Assembly (NCBI GenBank): GCA_964016885.1
Contig: OZ024757.1
Location: 27,776,001-27,840,000, forward strand
Reading direction: 5' to 3'
DNA: 64,000 bases
DNA from: Eledone cirrhosa
Taxonomy: Eukaryota
In this document: positions 1 through 13,460 of the stretch, piece by piece
Position numbering within the stretch: the first letter of the stretch is position 1
Layout: the number at the start of each line of letters is the position of its first letter
Notes under the pieces: generated by a model
What the model saw: only the letters and a program-made list of their open reading frames with translations
Told to the model about the DNA's origin: nothing
Database searches by the model: none
Made by a program: the position numbers and the translations under genes

Positions 1-487
1 ATATGAATGTGTAAGTGTGAGTGTATATATATATGTGTATGTGTGTGCATATGTGTAAGTGTGTATGAGTGTGTATAAGTGTGTATGAGTGTATAAGTGT
101 GTATGGGTGTGTAAGTTTGTGTGTGCAGTTAATTAGAATGAGAGTTATAGAAACTGATAGATCCATTACACTAAAGTGAAATGCAATTTAATCTGCTGTC
201 TTGTATGGCTGCAACAACAATGAAAGATGTTTCCAATAAATTGAATGCATGTATTTAGTTTCATATTATTATATGATGGTGTCAGTGTGTGCTATGTGTA
301 CACGTGTTTTAAATAGAATCCCACTCATTATCAAAAATCCTTAAGTATCATAATTCATTATCATTCGTTAACATTTTATGTCTGTTTTTTTTTTCTATAC
401 TTCCATGGGTTGGACAGGTTTTTACCAGCACACCATCACTCTATTCATTGCATTCCCTCATGTAGGTGTGTGTATGTACATATATAT

Positions 488-675
488 AACAAAGGAAGTG
501 TGGTAAGGAACCAGGTGGACCATAATGTACCAGAGTACTTGATACTTAGGGTAGTAGAGTGGGTAATAGAAAAAGAGTCAGGACCCCGATGGTTGAGCTC
601 CAGCCGTTTCGATAGCTAGGTCTGACCTAGCTGTCGAAACGGCTGGAGCTCAGCCGTCGGGGTTCTGACTCTCTT

Positions 676-680
<5 letters not shown>
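488..680. mobile_element. Fold-back mini-element in (TA)n (family also at 29221-29378 and about 9028-9080)
   Basis: Shared ggtaaggaaccaggtggaccataa...agggtagtagagtgggtaatag segment; near-perfect palindrome 566-680 centred on base 623. Confidence 0.7.
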
Positions 681-715
<35 letters not shown>

Positions 716-1116
716 CAGTTGATCAACTTTTGTCAAATTAGAATGAGGAAACAATGTTTCCATTGGTCTTTACGATTGTTAATACTATCTATCGGTCGGT
801 CGTAACTCCGGGTAGAAGGAACAACGTGAAATAAAGTGTCTTGTTCAAGACATAACGCATTGTAATAAACAACCCAAAATTTCCATTACCCAAGGTTTCA
901 TGCAGTTGGACGATTTTAACAGAAACGTCTGATATACAGTGCACTCTTCTTTTCTTTACCTTTTCCACAGAAATACTTAACATGTATATATATATCATCT
1001 ACTACTACCAGCTTAATGATCAATATTGCCCCTTCCTATTTTTACTATTGGTCAATCTCAACCTTGTTCTTAAAAGGTTATTTATTCATACATGTTTTTT
1101 ATATTCTTCAATAAAC

Positions 1117-1265
1117 AAAACTCTCTATTTCTGAAGACGGCGGGTAGAGAAGACATATGTATATTTTCTTACTTTGATAATTTGTAATATATTTTACATA
1201 GATCACTAATAGAATGAGCATACGGAGAACTACCCCCCAGAAACGATCGCAAAATAATGAGTTTT
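1117..1265 (+). ncRNA. Degenerate type I hammerhead motif with long stem II
   Basis: aaaactctctattt CTGAAGA cggcgggtag...ctacccccca GAAA C-GATC-G CA aaataatgagtttt. Stem I pairs at 12 of 14 positions and the loop GAUC is palindromic; the triplet is GCA instead of GUA. Confidence 0.55.
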
Positions 1266-1313
1266 ACTATGAATTACCCATATTTTGTTTAATTTCCTTG
1301 TTTTCACTATTTG

Positions 1314-1367
<54 letters not shown>

Positions 1368-1394
1368 ATATATATATATATAAAAAAAAAAAAA

Positions 1395-1625
1395 ACTACT
1401 CACAGTCCACGCTGTAATGTGGCTGTGTAGTTAACACAGTAAAACGTTGTCAGTTCCACACTGTAAATGTAGTTGGTGTTAGGAAGGGCATCCAGCCGTA
1501 GAAAGCCTGCCAGATAGTCCTATACAAGCGAGACACGGTCACCCGATCAACCTTGCCTCAAGTGGCACAACTCCTGTCTAACCCATGCTAGCGTGGAAGA
1601 TGGATGTTAAACGATGATGATGATA
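1395..1625 (+). mobile_element. SINE-like family C copy
   Basis: Closely matches 43965-44225 and ends in (gat)n next to (TA)n. Confidence 0.8.
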
Positions 1626-2869
1626 TATATATATAAGGAAGTTCTGATGCCATTGGTATGTTTGTGTAGTTGTTCTTTTGTTTTACATTGCAAGATTGAT
1701 GCAGGCATGGATGTATGTATGGATATAAGTGTGTGTGTATATGTATGTGAGGATGTATGAGTGGATATATGTGAGTGTGTATGTATGGATATATGTGTAT
1801 GTATATGTATGCGAGGATGTATGTATGGTTAGTTATAAGTGTGTGTGTATGTATGTGTGTGTGTATGCATGTATGGATATATGTATGAGTGTATATATGT
1901 AAGTGAGGATGTATGTATGGATATATGTGTGTATATGTATGTGTGGATGAGCCAATATATATATATGTATGTGTACATGTATGTATTATGTAAATATGTA
2001 TGTACATGCATATATGTAAGAATGCATGTAGTGTTATAGGTATGCATGTATGGATGAGAGAGAGAGAGATAGAGAGGGAGAGAGAGTGCATGTGTGAAAA
2101 ATGATAAGGAGATAGATAGAGTGATAGATACATAGAGAGTAAATTGTTGATGAAAGCCAAGAATGAATGATAACACCTGATAAACAGTTGTCTGGCCTTG
2201 AAAACACCACAAAGCTGAGAGAGAGAGAAAGAGAGGGGGGGCAAAGAGAGCGAGAGCGAGAAGGGGCAGAGAGAGAGAGAGCGAGAAGGGGCAGAGAGAG
2301 AGAGGGGGGTGGACAAAGAGAGAGGGGGGCAGGGGGTGCAAAGAAAGAAAGAGAGAGTGTGAGAGGGGGCAGAGAGAGAGAGAGGGGGGCAGGGGGGTGC
2401 AAAGAAAGAGAGAGAGAGAGTGTGAGAGGGGGCAGAGAGAGAGAGAGAGAGACTTGATGAGAAAGAAGAAGTGAGACATGAAAGCTGTATTAGATATGTT
2501 ACATTCCAAAACCACCAATAATAATAATAACAGCAGCAACAACATCAACAACAACAGTAATACAAACAATAACTATTTAGTGTAATATGAACAACAACTA
2601 TCTTCTGTAAAGAATATTTTTTTCCGGAACAATTGTAGGCAGTGCAAAGCTGAGTATAGTGGTTAAAATATTTAACAGTATTCCCTTTAGACATAAGATG
2701 CAGATAAGGCAATATATTATTTTATTCTTTTACTGGTTTCACTCATTGGACTGTGACCATGCTGGAGCACTGTATAAAATGGAGTCAGTCAGTCAATGAT
2801 ATCAACCCTACTACTTATTTTTCGAGTCTGGTACTTATTTTATGTGTCCGATCTGCTAAGTTTTGTGAC

Positions 2870-3650
2870 ACAAACACCAACACAGATATAAATGTAGACA
2901 CAGACACAGACATATACCACAAACACAGACACAGACATATACCACAGACATATACCACAAACACAGACATATACCACAAACACAGACACAGACATATACC
3001 ACAAACACAGACACAGACATATACCACAAACACAGACACAGACGTGTACCACAAACACAGACACAGACATATACCACAAACACAGACACAGACATATACC
3101 ACAGACACATACCACAAACACAGACACAGGCATATACCACAGACATATACCACAAACACAGACACAGACATATACCACAGACACATACCACAAACACAGA
3201 CACAGGCATATACCACAGACATATACCACAAACACAGACACAGACATATACCACAGACACATACCACAAACACAGACACAGGCATATACCACAGACATAT
3301 ACCACAAACACAGACACAGACATATACCACAAACACAGACACAGACATATACCACAGACACATACCACAAACACAGACACAGGCATATACCACAGACATA
3401 TACCACAAACACAGACACAGACATATACCACAGACACATACCACAAACACAGACACAGGCATATACCACAGACATATACCACAAACACAGACACAGACAT
3501 ATACCACAGACACATACCACAAACACAGACACAGGCATATACCACAGACATATACCACAAACACAGACACAGACATATACCACAGACACATACCACAAAC
3601 ACAGACACAGACATATACCACAAACACAGACACAGACATATACGACAGAC
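2870..3650. repeat. Compound minisatellite of 13/19/25-bp units (catataccac[aaacacagacac]aga)
   Basis: Directly visible; it explains the four long ORFs at 2753-3785. Confidence 0.95.
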
Positions 3651-3789
3651 AAATACGCACATAATTGAGCAGTATCTAATAAAAACAAAACACATTACTA
3701 AAGGGAAGAGAAAAGGAAGAACAAGAAAAAAAGAAGGATCAAGTGATGAAAGAAGGGGGGGGGGGGGAGAAGGAGGGACAGTCACTACA

Positions 3790-4105
3790 CCCCATTATGA
3801 TTGGTGCCTCAGCCACACCCTGTGAACAAAACGGCAAAATTGTTACTGCAGAGAATAGACAGAGACTCCCACTGCAACAGCCACCCCACCTCATGGGGGG
3901 GGGGGGGTTCCTCCTCAAGTGGGCCACCGTCTTTTTGACTTTATGGAGGAAATCAGCAGTGTGTGGACCAAGGATGCCAGGGGTCTCAAGGAAGACTGAT
4001 ACAAAGAGGAAGCGGTCAGTCAGGCCCCGGTATTTGACTATCCTCCTCTCCTTTCCAGTGTGAGCCTCTGAGCCCAGGTCTGTGGCAGAAATGTTATGCC
4101 CCAAA
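3790..4105 (-). mobile_element. CRE-like (restriction-like endonuclease) non-LTR retrotransposon C-terminal fragment
   Basis: KERRIVKYRGLTDRFLFVSVFLETPGILGPHTADFL, then a frameshift at a poly-C run into WLLQWESLSILCSNNFAVL. This matches the RLE pattern E..K..KY..L....F.P...ET.G..G followed by L.Q.LS.A..RGNA. Confidence 0.65.
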
Positions 4106-6099
4106 CATCAGCTTAATGAGAAAGTTGTGATACTAAATCCCTCCAAGTACTAGATGAGAAGAAAATTATTTTTTGTCCAATATAATCTTTACATGTAAAC
4201 TATTTAAAATATCAGTAATCTATACTGTCACTACCTCAATGATATATGTCTGGACAGTGTGGGAGTATGCTCTCAGGTATGCTGAACCCCAGGTGCAAAC
4301 TACTTCATGACCCCATAGTAAAGAGAGGGAGATGCATTAAAACAACAATTCCAACTTATAGAATTTGAAAATTATTTGGAAATATGGTATGGAAAGGGTT
4401 AAACTGCAAATGGCTATTAATCAAATCAAATTTTCAGTGTCAAAAATACTGAATGATACTTTATCAACAGAAGATAATATACAATAAAGTGTGTATGTGT
4501 AGAGGTTACAAGGTCTCAGACTGGTTTAGATAAAGAAAGTTTCTCTTAAGCTCAAACAGGCAATTAAGGGCCAGCATTTAACTGCAGTTACTTGGTGATA
4601 AATGGTTTAAAGATAATTTTCCCATAAATCTGAGATAACATACAGACCCAGCTATTTTAACACTTATTCCACAGACTGCATATAGAATTAAATACACAAG
4701 AAATTTCATATTTTTGTTATATTCATTCTATATAATGTATTTTGTGAACAATAACATAGTTGGTTATAAGTTTCTACTTTCATCCATCTTCTGACTATCT
4801 CATTAACCCTTTTGATACCAACTTGCCTAAAACCGCGCCTGGTTCTGTAATACAAAACCGTTTATATCAAAGTGTTCATATTTATCTAAAAACCTTCCAT
4901 CATAATTTTATGCAAGAAAGTTTAAGTTTTATAGTCCAAACACACAACAGACTTCTGCAGTATTAAACTACCAAATACCACTTGATGTTTGTGATCAGAT
5001 TCCTCAGAAATCCAAACAGAATTAATTCTGTCAGACGAGAATATAAATAAAGTACATTACACACACACTACTCCCTGAAGTATTGAATATTTTAATTTGT
5101 ATCTGTAAGCTTTGTTGTTTTCATGAACAAACACAGAAGCTATATATATATATATATACACACACTTCACAGTAACAACATGACCCAGTTTTTTTCTTTT
5201 ATACAATAATGGCTTTAATACAATGTATACAAGAAGAAGAAATTGTCTAAAATTAATTTATTTCTCAACTGTATACTTTCCTATATAAGTGGGTAGGAGT
5301 ACATGGTGTTTGAAAGTCAAGGAAGGACATGATATGTTTTTAAACAATGGTTTTCATTGTTTAATTTAAAGATTTACATTAAGAAGTTCACTTTAGTACA
5401 TTACAGACACAAGATGAAGGAAGTTGACTTATGAAAGACGAAAAAAAAAAAATAAGCTTATTCACAAAGAACGTGGAAAACTAATAAAAACTCGATTTGT
5501 ATATTTATAGTTTGATGTTGTTGTCTGGAGACAATATAGAGTAGAAAGGACTTTCTTGTGTTGTTGAGGATATGACAAGCTTTCTGGTGCTAGAGACATG
5601 ATAGAATTGACATAGTACACTCTGCAAAATGGTTGGTGTTATGGAACACATTCAATCATAGAAACCATACTATATCTGGAATTGTGAACACAATATAGCT
5701 AAATGGTTAAGAAATTTGCTTCACAATCATAAGATTCGATCCCACAGAGTGGCTCTTGGCCAAATGTTATATATTATAGCCTATATTATAGCTGATTTGG
5801 CTTTGGAATTATGTTACAGGTACACATGTCTGTTCTGTTGAATACTCAACCACTTATGCATTAATTCATGAGTTTGACATTAAGTTGATCAAACAACTCA
5901 ATGCTGCGTATTACTGAAATCACTCACTGTGCCACACTGAATCTCTTTACATTAACCTTTTAACATTTAAACCAGCCGTATCTGGCCAGAATTTTCTCAG
6001 CTCTTTCTGTTCAAACTGACTGTAACTAGCCACCCATACTTATGTTACGGTATTGTTCTCAACATAAATAATATCAAAATCTCATAGGTTCGATATAAT

Positions 6100-6283
6100 T
6101 GTTTCTACACTTGGCACAAGGCCAGCAATTATCCCAGTGCATTACTGGTACTTTATTTTATCGACCTTGTAAGTATGAAAGGCAAACTTAACCTCGGCAG
6201 GATTTGAACTCAGATCATAAAGGGCCGTAACTCTATGCCTCAAAGCATGGTGCCTGACCCTCTACCGATACTGCCAATCCACT
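6100..6283 (-). mobile_element. SINE family A copy nested in a TTAA MITE
   Basis: 13-bp TSD ggttcgatataat at 6087-6099 / 6284-6296. Confidence 0.85.
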
Positions 6284-6875
6284 GGTTCGATATAATGTGA
6301 AATAACTATGTGAGGTAAAGCTTTTACCATGAAAATACAATAGAAAATATAGAGTAATGTAAAAAAAAAGGTGTCTCTATATGGTTGCTCAACCTGCTAG
6401 ATATAACAGCCTAGTCTCCCTAAAACCAGACTCCACTCTCTTTAAAAAAATGGAAGGACACATTCACCTTGGAAAATATACTATTTCTTAAACTAAAAGA
6501 AGCTGATCATGGTTCAACTATATTTTGATCATAGGTAGCTTGCTCAAGGCTGACCTGGGGTTAAACAACAACTGTTGCTTCAACACTTAAAAGGGGGAAT
6601 AAAAATTCAATAAAATTAAAGAGATAAAAATGAATGTGAAATCTTTCTCTCACCCTTTTTTTCTCACTCTATCTTTCTCTCTCTCTCTCCTCTCTTTCTC
6701 ATCCTATACTTCTCCTTCTCTCCCTCTCTTTCTCTCTCTCTCCCTCAACAGAAAGGAATATTTTGACTTGTTAGCAAACATCCATGAAGACAATAAAGAA
6801 TGGCACAGGATATAGTGTGGGTTAGGCTGCTTGTGTGTGTGTGGGTACATGCATGCATGCACGTGCAAGTGTGTA

Positions 6876-6910
<35 letters not shown>

Positions 6911-7047
6911 ATATGTATATGTGTGTAACTGCAGGTATGTGTTTTTTTGTTAGTGTGTAACTATATAAATATATGTGTGTGTGTGTATATGTGTATGTAT
7001 GCATATATAGATAATTATATGCATGTATATGTTTTTATTGATATATA

Positions 7048-7107
<60 letters not shown>

Positions 7108-7739
7108 GAGAGAGAGAGAGAGTGTGGAAGAGAACAGGATATATCAAGGCATTAATAGGCCTGACAAGAGGAAATAGTAGAGGGGGGGGGGGGGGAGGGG
7201 CAATTGTGTAGTGCTTTTTTGATGGCTGCTGCCACATTATTTTACAAACATATACACACACATACACAGAGACTCACACACACTATCGGGGTCCCTTACA
7301 CACATTACCAGCACCATGCACACATGAACACACAAACACACACCAACTCATATACACACGCTCACACACACTGTCAGCACCATACACACACTATATTAGC
7401 ACCACACACATTACAAACACCATGCCCACGTGAATATCAACACACATACACACCACCACCACCAGCATCCATACATACCACCAATACCACACACATAAAC
7501 ACAAGCAGTACCATACACATACCCAAACAGACCAGCGCCACCACAGGCGCGTGCATTGACACACACCACCAGAAACTCCACTATCCACAGATACCACCAA
7601 TACCACACACACACATATAAACAGTAACATAAACACACACACAGCCAATTAGATATATCCCATACATTCTTTAAACTTTCAAACTGGCACTACTTAATGA
7701 ACAGACACTGCTAGCTTGTCTCAGTAACATCCTTCACAT

Positions 7740-7752
7740 TATACACATATAT

Positions 7753-7808
<56 letters not shown>

Positions 7809-8395
7809 TATATATATATATAAATTATATATATATATATAAATTATATATATATATATATATAAATTATATATATATATATAAATTATATATATATATA
7901 TAAATTATATATATATATATAAATTATATATATATATATATATATAAATTATATATATATATAAATTATATATAAATTATATATATATATAAATTATATA
8001 TAAATTATATACATATATATAAATTATATACATATATATAAATTATATATATATCATCATCATCATCATCATCGTTTAACGTCCATCTTCCACGCTAGCA
8101 TGGGTTAGATGGTATAATATATATATAATATATAAATTATATATATATGTAAATTATATATATATGTATAAATTATATTTATATATATAAATTATATATA
8201 TGTGTATAAATTATATATATATGTATAAATTATATATATATATAAATTATATATATATAAATTATATATATATATATATAAATTATATATATATATAATA
8301 TATATATATAATATATATATATATATAAATTATATATATATAACATATATATAATATAATTTATATATATATAATTTATATATATATATATATTG
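7740..8395. repeat. (TA)n / taaat(ta)n compound microsatellite with an RTE-tail insertion at about 8055-8112
   Basis: Directly visible. Confidence 0.95.
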
Positions 8396-9098
8396 ACCCA
8401 CATATATAGACATAGACATATACACACACACATACCAGTCACATAAACAATACTCAATTATGGCCTCTCCCATTATTGTTTCTGAGTGGGAGGTCATAAT
8501 TTGACCTAGTAAACTTCTTCAGTGGCAGGCGTGGTGGGGGTGGATGATGAACTAAGTTAGGTTTGTAAAATAAATAATAATAATAATAATTGTTTCTACT
8601 TTTGGCACCAGCCCAGCAAATACCCAGTGCATTACTGGTACTTTATTTTATTGACCCTGTAAGGATGAATGGCAAAGTTAATGTCGGTGGGATAATGATC
8701 TCTTATTTAGGCACAGGGAGAGTTATATTACTAAATCCTTAAAAATTCTTGATTATTTTCAAAATTATTTGAAAATTCTAAGTAATGCTTTCATTAGAAA
8801 TATTGTAATGAAAAAAATTATATTATATCTAAAATCCTTCTATCATAATTTTATGTAAGAAACTTAATAACACTTCCTCTTTTTTCTTATTATATAAACT
8901 CTGCTCTGTATCGAGTGCGGAATTTGGTTCTCTCGCCAGTTTCCTTTGAACTTACTGAACTTTCTGCGCATATATACTAGCATGGAAAATGGACATTAAA
9001 TGATGATGATTATATATACATATATATCAGAACTAGCTGTTGAAATGGTAGGAGCTCAGCCATTAGGGTCCTGACTCCTGTGTGTGTGTGTCTGTGTG

Positions 9099-9132
<34 letters not shown>

Positions 9133-10842
9133 CATATATGTGTAGTCAGAGATTCCCGCTAGCTAATCACATCTAAATTATAAGTCGTATATATCTGAGT
9201 AGTGCAGCTACGATACTTTAATTACTGTGTGTACATGTGTGTGCGCATGAGTATGTGTGTGTGTGTGTGCATGTGTATGTGTTGAGAACCAGTTTCACTC
9301 TCTCTCTCTCTCCAGGGGATATTGCCTTATCTACGGAAGTAACTATTATATATGACACACACATATACACTCATCTCTCTAATGTTTTCTATGTATGTAT
9401 ATGTATATATATATATATATATACCACTCAATAGTGATGACACAGGATCGGGATCTTTGGCGTTATGCAATAATACAGAAGAGCTGCCTTCCCATGTGCA
9501 CATGTTGAAGCATACATCTAGTATGCACCACTTTCCCCTATCTTCTGTTCCTCTTTCCATACACCTCCCTGTGTTTGGCATTAGGAAGGGCATCCAGCTA
9601 TAGAAACCAAGCCAGAAAGTTCTGTATGAGCAAGACACAGTCACCGGACCAGACTTGTCACAAATGTGAAAATTCATCTAACCTATGCTAGCATGGAAAA
9701 ATCTATGTCAAACGGTGATGATATATATATATATATTATATATCTGTCTTTCCACGTTGGAGGTGACAGTGTGTCTCGCCAAAAATTTGAAGTAATATAA
9801 AATTTTTGTAATATAATTTTCTCGAAATTATTAAGCTGGTGGTTGAAGCATAATTTAACCAAAGATTCTTGCATAAAATTATTATGGAAAGAGTTTTAAA
9901 TAAACATAAACACTTTAAAACAAACAGTTTTATATCCATAAATCAACAGGCAGTTTCAGGCAGGTCAGTATCAGAAGGATTAAATGAAATAACGATAATG
10001 GTTATATTGTTGTATTAAACAGTGGCTTTAGGCATAAGTAAAATAAAAGGCGGAAAAAATGCAAGCTTCCACCTTTTATTGCTGCATCAATTATACATTA
10101 AAACTAGAAACGATATCAGTTCTTGCAACATCAATGCAAAATGCATGCCACCCCCATGCCTGAGAGGCAGCTGGCAAACTCTATATAATTTGTCATGAAT
10201 AGTAAAATAGCTGCACAATATATTCTAAGTTGAAGTATCCAAAAAGAAAAAAAAAAAAAAATTTACTTCAAAGCTAGCTAACTGTATTACTATTTTAGTT
10301 ATATTCTTTTTTATCGAAGATAAAAAGCAAAAAAAAGAAGTTCTGTATGTTTTATGAGAGATCAAAGTAGGCTTGATTCCGTAAATTTCTTTTGTTTTTA
10401 GTTTTTTAGTTTTTCCTTTTTTTATTAACTGCTGTCTTGGAACATAGGTTAATCTTTAGAAATTACAGTTCATCATCAACATCATCATTTTTTACATCAA
10501 CTTACCATGCTGCCAGCATGGGTTGGATGGGGTTGTTACAATTCGAGTCAGTTCTTATTCAGAGTTACTACAATTTCCATCGACCCCCCCCCCCCCCCAC
10601 ACACACCCGAGACATGTCAGGAAATGGGGAAGAAATCATGTCTCACTCTTATATTCCAATGGTTGATTGATTATATATAAATAAATAAACCTTCTTAGCA
10701 TCCTGCATTTTTGATTATATATATAGTTCCCGTATGAGCAAGACAAGGTCAGCCGACCGGGCACTGCCCACAACAGGACAACACGTCTAAACCATGCTAG
10801 CGTGGAAGAATGGACGTAAAACGGTGATGATGATGATATATA

Positions 10843-11247
10843 CAGTGTGACCCAAAAAGAAAATACACACTTTAAGTAACTATACAGGCAATATTTATTA
10901 GAATGCATTACCTTTCCCAAAAATAAAATGATCCACAGACATAATTCAATTCTATGTAAACACACAAAAATAATTATATAATTTAAATAATTGTTTCTAC
11001 TTTTGACACAAGGCCAGCAATTAACCAGTACATTACTGGTACTTTATTTTATCGACCCCCGTAAGGACGAAAGGCAAAGTTAACCTCGGCGGGATTTGAA
11101 CTCAGACCATAAAGGGACGTAACTATGCTAGAAAGCATAGCGTCCAACCCTCTACCGATACTGCCAATTCACCGCTAATAAAACGGAATATAATCTAATG
11201 CATTTTTTAAAGATTTTGTTGTGTATACATTTTTTGGGAGGATGCCC

Positions 11248-11249
<2 letters not shown>
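10843..11249. mobile_element. Tc1/mariner-type MITE containing a SINE
   Basis: TIR-like ends cagtgtgacccaaaaa / tttttgggaggatgccctg, flanked by TA. Confidence 0.7.
10990..11176 (-). mobile_element. SINE family A copy nested in a Tc1/mariner MITE
   Basis: Near full-length match to the family consensus. Confidence 0.85.
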
Positions 11250-11280
<31 letters not shown>

Positions 11281-11281
11281 A

Positions 11282-11356
11282 TTTTCATTCTGATGAATGA
11301 TTTCAGACGTCTCTGTTGAGCTCGTCTGTCTTCGTGAAACCTTTGATAAATGGAAT
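11282..11356 (+). ncRNA. Hammerhead-like motif
   Basis: ttttcatt CTGATGA atga..cagacg..cgtctg..tcgt GAAA cctttg ATA aatggaa, lying between (TA)n tracts. Confidence 0.5.
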
Positions 11357-12956
11357 AATTGTCTTATGTTGTTTATTACATAATTAAATAAATATATATA
11401 TATATATATTTAATGCGTAGAAATGTCCATGATCTCAGCAGACAACTGATGAAAGGGAAATTATCCCCCGTTCATGCTTTCCTCTTATTTACAAATACAC
11501 TTTATCCATATATATGTGTGTTGCGACAAAAAAAAAGGAGAAAAAAAAGGGAAAAAGAAGGAAAGAGAGAAGGGATGCTGTAATGTGGTTGTGTAGGTAA
11601 CATGATAAAAAGCTCCCAGTCCACACTGTAAATGTGGTTAGTGTTAGGAAGGGCATCCAACCATAGAAAACCTGCCAGATAGTCCTATACGAGCAAAACA
11701 CGGTCACCCGACCAATCTTACCTCAAATGGGACAATTCCCGTCTAACCCATGCTAGAGTGGAAGATAGATGTTAAACGATGATGGTGATATATACGAACC
11801 TACTACAGATTAGTTGTCAAAATGACAAAAGAAGAACATTACATTTCTTGGTTGATACATTAGCCATGTAGTGTTTTTGGATACATTATTGAGTCTGATA
11901 TATTGGTTTGGCAGGGCTCCAAGGGTTAATAGCTTTTGCAAAATCACTAAACAAGCTAAAAATTAAAAAAAATACTCAGTTAACAACTGGTCTTCCACAA
12001 AAAGAAAGAAAAAAATGCCTGCACAATGTTTTTTAGAAAATCTAAGATAAATTTCTGAATTGCACTTGTTTAGCAAGTAACTTGATTTGAGATGATGTTT
12101 GTTGAAACTGAAGTAATTACATCATAGAAGAGATATTTTAGCCATTCAAAAACTTCATTATCACCATTTTACATCCACTTTTCCATGCTTGTATGAGTTG
12201 AACAGGTTTTTTTCCAGCACAGCATCCCTCAATTCATTACATTTCTTCGTCATTTGCTCTGTGAGCCTCAGAGATTTAAAATCAGATATTGCCACCTCTG
12301 CCCAGGTCTTTCTCTACTGTAGCTACCTTCAAATGGCATTTCTTGGCACCACTTTACCCAATGATCATCATCCATATGCATCACATGTCCATACCAGCAG
12401 TTTTCTATCTTGCTCATTACATCTGATTCTTCTTATACCCTGTTTTTTCTCTCACATAAAAACTGTTAAATTCATTTTACATTTATCTTTTTTATTTTGT
12501 GGCCAATCCCACTCTCTGAACATTGAATGCATTTATCCAAAAAGAAGAAGTGGTCTACATCATTGAATGCAAACAAAGTTGCAGGTTTTATATCAGAGTG
12601 ACCTTCTCCTAGAGAGGATGTCTTAATGAAAACTAGGAGTCTCTTGTTCCACACACATACATACATACATACATACATATGTACATACATACATACTCAC
12701 ACATACACAAAATTTGTCAGTTACCAAGAAAAAAGAAGAGAATATAAAGTCAGAGAATAAGCAGAAAAAGAAAAGAAAAGTTGAATGATCGTGTGGAAAC
12801 ATTTGTTTCCACTGGTTATCTTTATCAGAGTGATTTTACTGAAAGACATTTTATTTGTGATTCTTAATAAGAAGCCACACACTGTTATCTTTCCATCAGG
12901 AACATTCTCCATAGTTCCAAAATCAACACAATGTATATCCGGTTCACGTTTATATT

Positions 12957-13460
12957 TGGTGGTGGTGGTAGTGGGGGCGGGGTGGGGTTGTGGAGATGGT
13001 TGTAGTAGAGGTGGTGGTGGTGGAGTCAGTTGTGGTTATGCTATGGAAAGTGGTGGTCATAGTGATAGTTGTGGTGATGATGGCAGTAGTGCTGGTGCTG
13101 ATTGTTGTGTTTGTTGTGGTGGTGGTGGTGGTGGTGGTCGTAGTGATATTGGAAGTGGTGTTGGATGTAGTGCTGATTATAGTAGTATTGCTGTTGGTGG
13201 TATTGGTTGTAGTTGCAGTGATGGTGGTAGTAGTGGTGGTTATAGTGGTGATGGCAGTAGTGCTGGTGTTGAATGTTATGGTGGTGTTGGTTGTAGTAAA
13301 TATGATGGTAATGTTGTTGGTAGTGGTGTAGTCCTGGTGGTATTGGTAGTGGATGGGATGTGGTTGCAATGGCAGTGTTACTGGTGTTGGTGGTGGTATT
13401 GGTAGTGGATGGGATGTGGTTGTCATGGCAGTGTTACTGGTGTCGGTGATGATGCTGGTA
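12957..13460. repeat. Degenerate (GGT/AGT/TGT)n trinucleotide tract
   Basis: Low-complexity triplets giving poly-V, poly-T and poly-G/S ORFs. Confidence 0.85.

Noticed and set aside
2753-3785. Four ~300-aa ORFs
   Set aside because: They are translations of a CA-rich minisatellite, open in several frames on both strands.
6750-6815. Possible terminal exon after a pyrimidine tract (KEYFDLLANIHEDNKEWHRI*)
   Set aside because: The pyrimidine tract is a (CT)n microsatellite and there is no other support.
12721-13426. Gly/Cys-rich, poly-Thr (mucin-like) and poly-Val ORFs
   Set aside because: They come from a degenerate trinucleotide tract open in multiple frames; no domain is recognisable in the unique part.
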